Virus record (IMG/VR): IMGVR_UViG_3300032268_000973
Coordinates: 119,358 to 183,357 of that record
Length of the DNA: 64,000 nt
Direction: 5' to 3' (one strand)
DNA from: a virus
Shown: one piece after another, positions 40,860-49,777 of the stretch
Position numbering within the stretch: position 1 is the first letter of the stretch
Layout of the letters: every line of letters starts with the position of its first letter
Program-made: the position numbers and the translations under genes
Notes under the pieces: model-generated
Told to the model about the DNA's origin: nothing
Database searches by the model: none
The model's input: only the letters and a program-made list of their open reading frames with translations

Positions 40860-41639
40860 ATGGCAAGGAGAAAAAAAACACCCTTTAAGTTGGATCCAGA
40901 ATGGATGTTCAAAGAACCAATGGACTTTGAATTTAACAAATATACCTTATTGGATTACCTTCAAAAGTGTGATCAAAGTTTCGACAAGTTCGAGTTATAT
41001 CCCAATTTTGTTGAACTATCCTTACATTTGGCAAACATACAATCCATTTCCAAAGAAAAAACTTTATTGTTGACAAATAAAAAGTTTCAATCTTGTGACG
41101 ATGAGATTCTTGTGAAAGAATTAGTAACAAAAAAATATGGACCGTTATCCGATCAGGATGAAACTGAACTTGATAAAACGATTAGATTCTCTGGCCCAAG
41201 ATTATTTGATGCATTCAACATTGCAAAATCCATTTGGAATATTGCATTCGAATCGATAGAGATACACGTTAGAAAAAATAAAAGTAATTTATTTTCTCGA
41301 ACAGGTTATATTTTTTTCTACCAAAAACATAATGAGACATTGTATGTTTGGGAGTATGAGATTAAACAAGATAGAAAAGATAAGTCAACAACAAGAACTA
41401 CATTGGATTTGATATCACAAGGCGGAGTTGATGAAAAGACCATGACTGAAATAATTGATCAAAACTCCAAATGGAAAGATTCTGAATTTTATAGACAACT
41501 TCCAATATTCGAAGTCAAATGTGGACAAAATTTTCCATTCGATGAAACAATGGTTCCAATTATCAAAAGGAAGTTAATGTCATATATTTTTCAAGTTATA
41601 GATATAAAGAAATTGGAAGACTTTGACTCCAAGAAATAA
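40860..41639 (+). CDS. Hypothetical protein
   Basis: 259 aa. Confidence 0.65.
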   Translation: MARRKKTPFKLDPEWMFKEPMDFEFNKYTLLDYLQKCDQSFDKFELYPNFVELSLHLANIQSISKEKTLLLTNKKFQSCDDEILVKELVTKKYGPLSDQDETELDKTIRFSGPRLFDAFNIAKSIWNIAFESIEIHVRKNKSNLFSRTGYIFFYQKHNETLYVWEYEIKQDRKDKSTTRTTLDLISQGGVDEKTMTEIIDQNSKWKDSEFYRQLPIFEVKCGQNFPFDETMVPIIKRKLMSYIFQVIDIKKLEDFDSKK

Positions 41640-41690
41640 GTTTGGTATATTTAATTCAGTTCAAATTCTGTAAATAAAAAATAATAAAAA

Positions 41691-41897
41691 ATGAAGTGTA
41701 TCAAATCTATTAAGTCTGCAACAAATAAGGAAGTTGGTTCTATTATTAGAATCAATGATACTGAAGCTCATCAAAGAGTTAAAAGTGGTTTTTGGGCTTA
41801 TGTTCCCAAATCGGAATACAAGGCATTGAGAAAACCTACTAAAACTGAGGTTGAAGTTAAGGAAACCAAAGAAAAAATTAAAAAGAGTAAAAAATGA
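41691..41897 (+). CDS. Small basic hypothetical protein
   Basis: 68 aa. Confidence 0.6.
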   Translation: MKCIKSIKSATNKEVGSIIRINDTEAHQRVKSGFWAYVPKSEYKALRKPTKTEVEVKETKEKIKKSKK

Positions 41898-42121
41898 CAA
41901 ACGAAAATTTGAGAAAAATGTTATTAGCGTCTGCTGAGGCGGACAAAGCTAAAGCAATTTTAACATTAGATTTGTTGGGAAATTATGGTGTGGGTATTGG
42001 AGATCACTCCACTAACGATTTCTACAATAACGCAGAAGAAGCTCTCAGAATGCTGATCGATGCTGATGAACGAATCGAAACCATTGGAAAATATTTTGGA
42101 AACGATAAAACGGTTTTTTAA
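41894..42121 (+). CDS. Small hypothetical protein
   Basis: 75 aa; ATGA overlap with the previous gene. Confidence 0.65.
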   Translation: MTNENLRKMLLASAEADKAKAILTLDLLGNYGVGIGDHSTNDFYNNAEEALRMLIDADERIETIGKYFGNDKTVF

Positions 42122-42236
42122 GAAAATTGATTGGTATATCGACATTTACTTTATTTGGATGTTATACAATCCAAGAAAGTATGATCGATACATTGATTAC
42201 TTAGAAAGAAAGTGGGGGAAAAATGGATCCGAATAA
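42084..42236 (+). CDS. Possible small protein (TTG start; not in track)
   Basis: Open frame ...KRFFKKIDWYIDIYFIWMLYNPRKYDRYIDYLERKWGKNGSE fills the gap; start uncertain. Confidence 0.4.
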   Translation: MENILETIKRFFKKIDWYIDIYFIWMLYNPRKYDRYIDYLERKWGKNGSE

Positions 42237-42462
42237 AATAGAAATGGTGAATCACCCAAATCATTATGGGGGAGAAAATAACACGTATGAAGTAATTAAA
42301 GTTTGCGAGGCTTGGGATCTTGACAAAGACGCATACCTATTCAACGTGGTGAAATATGTTGCAAGAGCGGGAAAAAAGGACCCAGCAAAAAAATTAGAAG
42401 ATCTTAAGAAAGCCCTTTTCTATTTGGATCGTAGAATCAAAAACTTAGAAAAAAATCCGTAA
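42223..42462 (+). CDS. DUF3310-family protein
   Basis: VNHPNHYG...NVVKYVARAGKK...EDLKKA.FYL. Confidence 0.85.
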   Translation: MDPNKIEMVNHPNHYGGENNTYEVIKVCEAWDLDKDAYLFNVVKYVARAGKKDPAKKLEDLKKALFYLDRRIKNLEKNP

Positions 42463-42464
42463 TT

Positions 42465-43310
42465 TTGGAAACAAATAAAATAATAAATGGGGACTGTGTC
42501 GAAGAGATGAGCAAGTTTCCAGAATCTGTCATTGATTTAATTGTGACATCACCTCCATACAATGTAGGGATTGATTATGATGTTCATAATGACAATCAAT
42601 CGATGGAGAACTATTGGCAATTTACTGAAAATTGGTTGTCAGAATCTTTTCGTGTATTGAAAGATGATGGTAGAATTGCAATCAACATTCCTTATGAGAT
42701 AAATGTTCAGGATAGGGGTGGAAGAGTATTGTTTATGGCTGAATTTTGGTCAGTTATGAAGAAAGTTGGATTTCAGTTTTATGGACTTGTAGATCTTGAT
42801 GAAAACTCACCACATAGAAGTAAAACTACTGCTTGGGGATCTTGGATGTCACCATCTTCACCTTACATATATAATCCTAAAGAATGTGTCATTCTTGCCT
42901 ATAAAAAAGACAGAATAAAGAAAAAGAAGGGAGAGGGTCAATGGAGTTTCGAGGTCATTGATTTAGAACAAGAGGATGGGTCAGTAAAGAAAAAGACTAT
43001 CTATAAGGACGAAGACAAGAAAGAGTTCATGAGTTTGGTTTATGGTCAATGGGAATATTTTGCGGACACAAAACAACAAACCAAAGCGACATTTTCAATG
43101 GATATTCCGAGTAAAGCAATCAAAATCCTAACATATAAAAATGATATAGTCTTAGATCCATTCACAGGATCAGGAACCTCTATAGTTAGTGCTGAAATTT
43201 TAAACAGACGTTGGATTGGTATTGAATTGAGCCCCAACTATTGTGAAGTTGCCAAAAAAAGAGTTCAACATTTTGTTGATGTAAAAAAACAAGGTGTTTT
43301 AGATTTTTAA
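42465..43310 (+). CDS. Beta-class amino-DNA methyltransferase (likely N4C)
   Basis: TSPPY near the N-terminus; DPFTGSGT near the C-terminus. Confidence 0.88.
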   Translation: METNKIINGDCVEEMSKFPESVIDLIVTSPPYNVGIDYDVHNDNQSMENYWQFTENWLSESFRVLKDDGRIAINIPYEINVQDRGGRVLFMAEFWSVMKKVGFQFYGLVDLDENSPHRSKTTAWGSWMSPSSPYIYNPKECVILAYKKDRIKKKKGEGQWSFEVIDLEQEDGSVKKKTIYKDEDKKEFMSLVYGQWEYFADTKQQTKATFSMDIPSKAIKILTYKNDIVLDPFTGSGTSIVSAEILNRRWIGIELSPNYCEVAKKRVQHFVDVKKQGVLDF

Positions 43311-43320
43311 TATTTCAATC

Positions 43321-43346
43321 AAAAGGTCCTAATGGACCTTTTTTTT
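43321..43346 (+). terminator. Intrinsic terminator
   Basis: aaaaggtcc-taat-ggacctttt followed by T's. Confidence 0.7.
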
Positions 43347-43379
43347 GTTTTTATTGATATTTATTTAAAAAATGTAAAG

Positions 43380-44459
43380 ATGGCTCAATTTATAATAACC
43401 GAAAGTCAGTTAGAGGTTCTCAAATCAAACTTAACCTCAGAAGTTGGAAAATCCAAAAAACAATTGGACGAGGCTTGGTATAACACAGTGATGGATATAG
43501 TGGGACTTGCGGACCCTACAGGAGTTGTGGATATTGTGAACGGTATATCGTATTTCACTCAAGGAGATACCTTATTTGGTATTTTGAGTATTGTTGCGGC
43601 TATCCCATATGCTGGTGATGTAGTTGCAAAACCTGTAATGGGAGCAATGAAACTCGGATCGGCCAGTACTAAAACACTTCAATCAGCTTTAAAAACTGCG
43701 ACTAAGTTTCCAAGAGGAACAAAGGAATATGATTTAGCAATTCAGTCTTTGGAAAATTTGGCAAAATCACCAGGTGTTGTCGGTAAATTTTTACAATCAG
43801 CTGGTGGTCCAAATGGATGGGCGGGTAAAATCAACCGTGCACTTGATGGAATGCCATTAGGACCGTTCAAAGGGATGAAAAACACTATTATGGATTATTT
43901 CACTTTGTTGGGAAGAACGGGACAAAAAAGTAAAGTTCTTCAAAGCCAAGTAAAAATGTTATTACGAAACAAAAGTGCTGCGAATCTCCAAAGAAACATT
44001 CCAATTATATTAGATACTCTCAAGACAACTAAAATATTCGATACTGCGGCTTTATCCAAACCTGGTTTTATGAGTCAAGTTTTCTTCGGAGGTATACCAA
44101 GAATATTTAGATCCCCTGAAGGTAGAAGATTAAGAATTCTTATGCAATCAACTAAGTGGTGGTTAGGATTCTTGGATTACATTGGATTAGGTAATTTTGT
44201 TGGGGTCGAAGAAGTCGCAAAAAGACTTGGAGACGAAGAATTCCAAAGAAAGCTAGGAGAATATCAAAACACCTCACAAGCAAGACAATATTATGATGAG
44301 GAGTTTTCACAACAAAATATGGGAGGTGAACCAAGTCAACAATCACAACAATCATCATCACAAACATCATCATCACAATCCTCACAAGGATTAGATCCGT
44401 TTGCTAAATTGCTTCAGAACTTGTTCTTGGGCCAAATAAACCCAATACCAGGGTTATAA
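43380..44459 (+). CDS. Protein with (I/L)xE leader and pre-toxin TG-like helical domain
   Basis: MAQFIITESQLE leader; DIVGLADPTGVVDIVNGISYFTQGD..GILSIVAAIPYAGD is PT-TG-like; TATTTAT at 43358. Confidence 0.6.
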   Translation: MAQFIITESQLEVLKSNLTSEVGKSKKQLDEAWYNTVMDIVGLADPTGVVDIVNGISYFTQGDTLFGILSIVAAIPYAGDVVAKPVMGAMKLGSASTKTLQSALKTATKFPRGTKEYDLAIQSLENLAKSPGVVGKFLQSAGGPNGWAGKINRALDGMPLGPFKGMKNTIMDYFTLLGRTGQKSKVLQSQVKMLLRNKSAANLQRNIPIILDTLKTTKIFDTAALSKPGFMSQVFFGGIPRIFRSPEGRRLRILMQSTKWWLGFLDYIGLGNFVGVEEVAKRLGDEEFQRKLGEYQNTSQARQYYDEEFSQQNMGGEPSQQSQQSSSQTSSSQSSQGLDPFAKLLQNLFLGQINPIPGL

Positions 44460-44463
44460 TTTA

Positions 44464-44841
44464 TTGAAAATGAAAGAAGAACTTATACAAAAACTTGTTC
44501 AAGTACAATTACAATGGAAATTCCTTCATTGGCAAACATTTGGAGACGCTAAACATAGAACTTATGGATCTATCTATGATGGATTGGGAGATTTGATTGA
44601 CGAATTCACCGAGGTAATGATGGGAAAATATGGTAGACCTGAGTTTGATCCTGAGTTTGCTTTAATGTTCCAAGATATTAAAGCATTAAGTATTCAAGAA
44701 TTTATGGATGGGATTACTGAATTTTTAGTTGGATTCTCCGATCAACTTGATTCAAGATACGATACAGATTTACTTAATATCCGAGATGAAATGTTGGCTT
44801 TGATTAACAAGTCCAAGTATCTTCTTACATTGAAATATTAA
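44464..44841 (+). CDS. Ferritin/Dps-like four-helix protein (DUF5856-like)
   Basis: KFLHWQT...KHRTYG..YD.L.DLIDEF.E...NIRDEML. Confidence 0.7.
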   Translation: MKMKEELIQKLVQVQLQWKFLHWQTFGDAKHRTYGSIYDGLGDLIDEFTEVMMGKYGRPEFDPEFALMFQDIKALSIQEFMDGITEFLVGFSDQLDSRYDTDLLNIRDEMLALINKSKYLLTLKY

Positions 44842-44842
44842 A

Positions 44843-46246
44843 TTGATGAAACTACTTAAGGAAAGTGGACTTAGGGATATCAATGATTTAAAGAAAAGGT
44901 ATCCAAAAGCTGAAATATATTTTCACCAAGATTTGGATGGCGTAACCACTGCGGTTGCCATGAAGAAATATCTCGAGGATAATGGAATTGATGTAGTTGA
45001 CGCTCACGTCATTCAATACGGTGATAAGGAATTCGCCGTTAAGAAAAATGACGCAACAGGAGACACAATGCCAGTCCTTGTTGATTTTGCTCACGGAAAA
45101 CCAATGTTTGTGATCCATACTGATCATCACGATAGACAGGCTGGTGCTGAGGATACAAAATCCAAGTCATTTAGACAATCAAGATCGAATGTTGAAACTA
45201 TTTCTCAGATTGTCTCACCAAAAGAATTATTTCCATCCTCTGACATACTATTGATTAGCACAGTTGACTCAGCGGATTTTGCCAGACAAAACATTTCACC
45301 TGATGAAGTTGTAAACTATCTATTTAGATTTGACAAAGAAAAAAGTTTACAAAAGAATAAAATGTTGCTCGGCTTGGTCATCAACAAACTTTTATTGGCA
45401 TTTAAGAACAAGCCAGGATTTTTAGAAGGTTTGGTGATGGATTCACAGCCATCGTTGTTGTCAATTCTTAACAATATAAAGGCTTGGATGACAAAAACAA
45501 CGTCAGCAACACCAGAACAACTACAGAAGAACGCTGAAGAATATGTTCAGCAAATGAAAGGATTTCCAACTGTATCTGATAATATCATTTTCCAATATGG
45601 GGGAGGAAGTATGTTTAAGCCAGGATCTTATGACAGATACACTCCATACAGAAATAATCCTGAGGCTGATTTTATGATTATGGCTTGGCCTTTAGGATTG
45701 GTTCAAGCCTCTTGTAATCCATTCAAAAAAGAAAGAGAATTGAAAGGAGTAAATTTGGGAGAAATTGCCCAAGAAGTATTAGCCAAATGGGAACCTCAAT
45801 TGAAAGAAAGATCAATCCCCTTGTCAACAATCAAGTGGGTAAGTGAAACGAGCGTAGGACCAATGAGTGTCGGATTTACCTTCAAAGATTTTGATGCGTT
45901 ATATGGTGGGAAATTTATGTTTATGGATGGAGGAGAAGAGATTTTAGGAAAAATCAAATCTATGATGGACAAGCCTTTCAAGGAGCTTTCAGAAGAAGAA
46001 ATGAAACTCTTAGACAAAATTGGGGTGAACGCTTGGGATCTTATTCAATCAAATTCGGGTGGACACAAATGTATTACTAATATATCGGGGTTAAATTATT
46101 TAGGAAAGAGCACAAGACCTCCTAAAGGTGGTCAACGATTCGGGGAGTCTGAGGATTCTCCAACTGTGAAATTCACCAAAATGATTGCAAATCAATTCCA
46201 AAAAGTATTAAAAGAAAAAATATCACAGTCTAAAGTAGATACTTGA
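44843..46246 (+). CDS. DHH-family phosphoesterase
   Basis: YFHQDLDG, VDFAHG, TDHHD and VDSAD motifs. Confidence 0.75.
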   Translation: MMKLLKESGLRDINDLKKRYPKAEIYFHQDLDGVTTAVAMKKYLEDNGIDVVDAHVIQYGDKEFAVKKNDATGDTMPVLVDFAHGKPMFVIHTDHHDRQAGAEDTKSKSFRQSRSNVETISQIVSPKELFPSSDILLISTVDSADFARQNISPDEVVNYLFRFDKEKSLQKNKMLLGLVINKLLLAFKNKPGFLEGLVMDSQPSLLSILNNIKAWMTKTTSATPEQLQKNAEEYVQQMKGFPTVSDNIIFQYGGGSMFKPGSYDRYTPYRNNPEADFMIMAWPLGLVQASCNPFKKERELKGVNLGEIAQEVLAKWEPQLKERSIPLSTIKWVSETSVGPMSVGFTFKDFDALYGGKFMFMDGGEEILGKIKSMMDKPFKELSEEEMKLLDKIGVNAWDLIQSNSGGHKCITNISGLNYLGKSTRPPKGGQRFGESEDSPTVKFTKMIANQFQKVLKEKISQSKVDT

Positions 46247-46577
46247 TAGTGTCACCAGATTGAATTCCGAGTTTTTCACAAGTTCCACCATCCAATTCTA
46301 ACACGACATTTCCATTACCACAATAACTCGGACAATCTTCATCCTGACAAGGAGGACAGTTGTGGTGGATATTGATTATCACATTATTTTTTATTATAAT
46401 AATGTCTAAAGGTATGATACAATTTTTCATCCAAAAGCATTGTTTCTTTCCTCCCATTAAAAAAAGTAAGCCTTGGTTGGGGTGAGAGAATTTTTTACCC
46501 ATCATACCGATTTTTTGTGAAGACGGATCGGTGAGGGTAACAACTTCGAAAATGTGATTATTTATTGATATATCCAT
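46230..46577 (-). CDS. DUF192-family protein
   Basis: GMMGK...GLLF...FWMKNCIIPLDIII...VLELDGG; ATG at 46577 lies 4 nt below TATTTAT. Confidence 0.85.
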   Translation of the reverse strand: MDISINNHIFEVVTLTDPSSQKIGMMGKKFSHPNQGLLFLMGGKKQCFWMKNCIIPLDIIIIKNNVIINIHHNCPPCQDEDCPSYCGNGNVVLELDGGTCEKLGIQSGDTIKYLL

Positions 46578-46602
46578 AAACATAAATACAAAATAACTTC
46601 AA

Positions 46603-47016
46603 ATGTATTCAGGAGTCATAATAAAGTATAACGATAAATGTTTACTATGTAAACGTAGTGAGAAATATACCCACCCGAATGAATGGTTTATTCCAGCGGG
46701 GCAAATAGAAGCTGGGGAAACTCCGAGAGAAACTGCAATAAGAGAGTTATATGAGGAAACCAATCTTCAATTCACCGAAGAAGATCTGAATTTTGTTGGA
46801 ACTATCCCAACTAAGGACGATGAAGGTGGGTTATCCAATGATTTTATTTATCTGTTTGTTTCTGAGGTAAACCATCCGTTGTTTCCTGATTTAGAAAATG
46901 CGATGGATGGAAAAGAACACACCAAGTGTGGATATTTTGATTTCGAAGGTATAAAAAAACTTGGATTGGATTCTAATCTATTAAAAGTTTTGAAAAAATA
47001 TTTCGACACTAATTGA
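46603..47016 (+). CDS. NUDIX hydrolase
   Basis: Nudix box GQIEAGETPRETAIRELYEETNL. Confidence 0.9.
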   Translation: MYSGVIIKYNDKCLLCKRSEKYTHPNEWFIPAGQIEAGETPRETAIRELYEETNLQFTEEDLNFVGTIPTKDDEGGLSNDFIYLFVSEVNHPLFPDLENAMDGKEHTKCGYFDFEGIKKLGLDSNLLKVLKKYFDTN

Positions 47017-47092
47017 TTTTTTTAAAATCTGTCGTATATTTATAAAACTGAATCGAGAGATTCAACACCCCCACAAAAAAGTTTCATTTTAG

Positions 47093-47124
47093 TTTGATAT
47101 AATAAAATATTCTGACTATGTTTG
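47093..47124 (+). promoter_or_regulatory. Bacteroidota-type promoter upstream of the tRNA
   Basis: TTTG(47093)-N20-TATGTTTG(47117). Confidence 0.7.
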
Positions 47125-47210
47125 TGAAACATTTGTCCCACAAATGACAGTTCGAGAGAAAAAGAGTTTGTGGGACTTTTTTGTCCGAAGTTATTCAACT
47201 TAAAATATAT

Positions 47211-47282
47211 CGCAGGATAGAGCAGTGGAAGCTCGTCAGGCTCATAACCTGAAGGTCGAAAGTTCGAATCTTTCTCCTGCTA
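47211..47282 (+). tRNA. Initiator-type tRNA-Met (CAT)
   Basis: Cloverleaf: C1 mismatched, GCAGGA/TCCTGC acceptor, GAGC/GCTC D-stem (purine 11), TCAGG-CTCATAA-CCTGA anticodon arm, GAAAG-TTCGAAT-CTTTC T-arm; CCA not encoded. Confidence 0.93.
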
Positions 47283-47335
47283 CAACGAACTGAATAAATT
47301 AAATTCAGTTGTTAAAAAAAAAGTTTTACAAAAAA

Positions 47336-47367
47336 TTTGATTGTTAAAAGTAACTTTCTTAGATTTG
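47336..47367 (+). promoter_or_regulatory. Bacteroidota-type promoter upstream of the large ncRNA
   Basis: TTTG(47336)-N20-TAGATTTG(47360). Confidence 0.7.
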
Positions 47368-47460
47368 TGAAACATTCGAAGGAAGAGGTAGTAAGTCCCT
47401 TTTAGGGTTGTAAATCCTCTTCCTTTTTTGAGTGAAAATTTGTTCTTTGAAAATATTTTT

Positions 47461-48252
47461 GGGCGGTCTATAGTCCAATAAAATAAACTGTGAAAGCAGG
47501 ATAAAGTGACTTGGTTAGGTTGAACTGAGTTGCGGTTTCCTTAGGGGAACTCGAGTAGACAGGCGAGATATCGTTGGACCTTAAGTACCGAGGGTGACAC
47601 TGTAGGGAAAGTGGTTTGATGACTGAGCGATGTGGGTCGTTTGGTTGAGGTGGGAACACCAATAAGAATAACTCGTAGGATATTTGTGAGAAATACGGTC
47701 ATCCAACCGTATAATTACGTTATCCAATATAAAAGTTTACTTAAAACCGAAAGGCATGAATTCGTACAGGTGGTGCTGTTGTTTTCCTTATTGGGTGTTT
47801 ACCAAGACCTCAATCTGAAGTTGACTTGAAATATGGAGGTGGGGACATCTCAGAGAGTAGTTTTGTATTCCGTTGTTCAAAAGATAACGGAGCAGGTGAC
47901 GGACCGCTACTTTCCAATTCCACAAACCAATAACCAATCACATTATAACAATTTGATAAAGGGAAAGTGTCCGTCAGTCATAGGAAACAGGTGACTACAT
48001 AGTCGTGAGATGTTCACGGCCGTAGAGGATCCCAAGTCCGAAACGAGTTCTGAGAAATATCTCTATTCCCGCAAGGAAGAGTTGGTGAGGCATCATCGAA
48101 GAGAATTGAGTATCAGGAGAGTATTCTATGACTTCAAGGAGTGGTTAACCTAAACAAACCGTCACTGAGGATTACTATCCAAAAGATAGTGGAAACGAGG
48201 GGAAATCATAATCCCTCTAAAGATCCTTAATGAAAGGTGTATTCTCAACCTT
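47461..48252 (+). ncRNA. Giant structured ncRNA, GOLLD-like (~790 nt)
   Basis: No credible ORF; richer in G/C than its flanks; many hairpins with GNRA loops; long-range helix 47463-69/47901-07; A/C-rich linker; downstream of a tRNA; own promoter and terminator. Confidence 0.65.
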
Positions 48253-48265
48253 ATTTTTATTTTCA

Positions 48266-48299
48266 CCCCTACTAAAAAAAAAGTAGGGGATTTTTTTTT
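48266..48299 (+). terminator. Intrinsic terminator closing the ncRNA unit
   Basis: cccctact-A8-agtagggg followed by T9. Confidence 0.75.
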
Positions 48300-48344
48300 A
48301 TTACAGTTGGGATTTATTATATTTGTAAAACAAACGAAGAAGAT

Positions 48345-48626
48345 ATGACAACATCATCCCACAACATCAAAATCCAACACGAAAAATTCGGAGTTCTTTT
48401 GAACGAGACATTTGTTAACGGAACTCAGTTCAAACTTTTTTTAAAGATGATCCAAGGTTGTATTGAACTGAAAAACGATTTGACGTTTTTCAACGGGACT
48501 GATTTTTTCACTCACATCCCTTTCAAACACTTGGTTGATTCTATTATAACCACACACGTGGATAACTATACATTAGCGGAACATTTAATAAATAAATCTA
48601 AAATAGAAGCGGAGGTAACAAGATGA
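48345..48626 (+). CDS. Hypothetical protein
   Basis: 93 aa; TATATTTG promoter box at 48318. Confidence 0.65.
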   Translation: MTTSSHNIKIQHEKFGVLLNETFVNGTQFKLFLKMIQGCIELKNDLTFFNGTDFFTHIPFKHLVDSIITTHVDNYTLAEHLINKSKIEAEVTR

Positions 48627-48877
48627 ATTTCAGTGAAATTTTACGATATGCATTTCTTGGATCAGTAGTCTACGGAGCATACAAATTGGGAGAAAAAAAC
48701 GGTAAGAGTATGAATCAAAATGATGGGTATATTCCTGATTCGAAAAGATATTCTGAAGAAGAATATATCATAGATGAGATTGAAGCTTTGAAGAGAAAAC
48801 CAAACAAAACCCGAAAAGATAGAGACAATCTTTCTTTACTCGAGATCAAACTTCAACAGTTGTATAAATTCAGATAA
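48623..48877 (+). CDS. Hypothetical protein with N-terminal membrane anchor
   Basis: 84 aa; ATGA overlap. Confidence 0.6.
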   Translation: MNFSEILRYAFLGSVVYGAYKLGEKNGKSMNQNDGYIPDSKRYSEEEYIIDEIEALKRKPNKTRKDRDNLSLLEIKLQQLYKFR

Positions 48878-48943
48878 TCGAGGAATCGTTTCCAAGTTCG
48901 TAAAACTTGGTGGTGGAACTGCACAAAACCTGTGTAGCCCTAT

Positions 48944-48968
48944 AAAGGAGGTTTCGACCTCCTTTTTT
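48944..48968 (+). terminator. Intrinsic terminator
   Basis: aaggagg-tttcga-cctcctt followed by a T-run. Confidence 0.7.
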
Positions 48969-49774
48969 TATTGAAATAAACGATGTAAATCGAAATATAC
49001 GCTTCCAAGTTTAACTATGTGGAAGCTACCGCCGAATACCATTTTTGGCTCGTCAGAGTAGTTGAGACAATAAACCTCATCGGCAATTACATCCAAGGGA
49101 GCGTGGTCAGAAGTTATAGACAACGTAACAAAGTCGTCTTGAAATTCGTATAATTCTTCATTTGACATGATTGGATTTTTTGTTTCTTGATTAATTTCAC
49201 AAATATCATTCAAATTTTTATTCCAAGACATTATAAAATATAACTCATAGTCATATTCGTTTTCAGATTGTATTTCTCCATTACCATCACATTTTTCACA
49301 TAGGACTTCTCCTGGGGAGAACCCCGAATTACTACAATTAGGACAATCCGTTTCACCTTCACCCTCGCATTGAGGACAAGTTATTACTTCATCTTCCTCA
49401 TCATCATCTTCAATTTCACCTTCACCATCGCAAGTTGTGCATGTTACCCTTCCTCCATAACAAACGTCGCAATCAACTACTCCTGAGCCTTCACAATCAG
49501 AACAAGTGTAAATATGAATTTCATTCTGAGAAATTAAAAGTTGTGAAAATCCAACATTGAACAACATTTTTTCACCTAAAATGAAATCATTTGTGTTCTT
49601 CAAGGAATAGATATAAAAAACTAATTTTATAAAGTCTTGAGGGCCGATTTTATTGAAGTAATCGGACTGATCCTTGGCCATTTCCCTTAGTGAATTAAAA
49701 ACTTCCGAAACAGTATTAAATTTTCGGATTCGTTTTTGTAAAATATTTGATATTTTTTTTAATTTTTCTTCCAT
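48968..49774 (-). CDS. Protein with six DnaJ-type CxxCxGxG zinc-finger repeats (no J-domain)
   Basis: CSDCEGSG, CDVCYGG, CTTCDGEG, CPQCEGEG, CPNCSNSG and CEKCDGNG. Confidence 0.75.
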   Translation of the reverse strand: MEEKLKKISNILQKRIRKFNTVSEVFNSLREMAKDQSDYFNKIGPQDFIKLVFYIYSLKNTNDFILGEKMLFNVGFSQLLISQNEIHIYTCSDCEGSGVVDCDVCYGGRVTCTTCDGEGEIEDDDEEDEVITCPQCEGEGETDCPNCSNSGFSPGEVLCEKCDGNGEIQSENEYDYELYFIMSWNKNLNDICEINQETKNPIMSNEELYEFQDDFVTLSITSDHAPLDVIADEVYCLNYSDEPKMVFGGSFHIVKLGSVYFDLHRLFQ

Positions 49775-49777
49775 AAC

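Noticed and set aside
47461-48252. Group I/II intron, RNase P or tmRNA identity for the large RNA; ORFs 47468..47662(-) and 47632..47829(+)
   Set aside because: There is no interrupted gene, no GUGYG 5' end or domain V, no RNase P GAGGAAAGUCC core and no tRNA-like tmRNA ends. The short ORFs have non-ATG or unconvincing starts and atypical composition.
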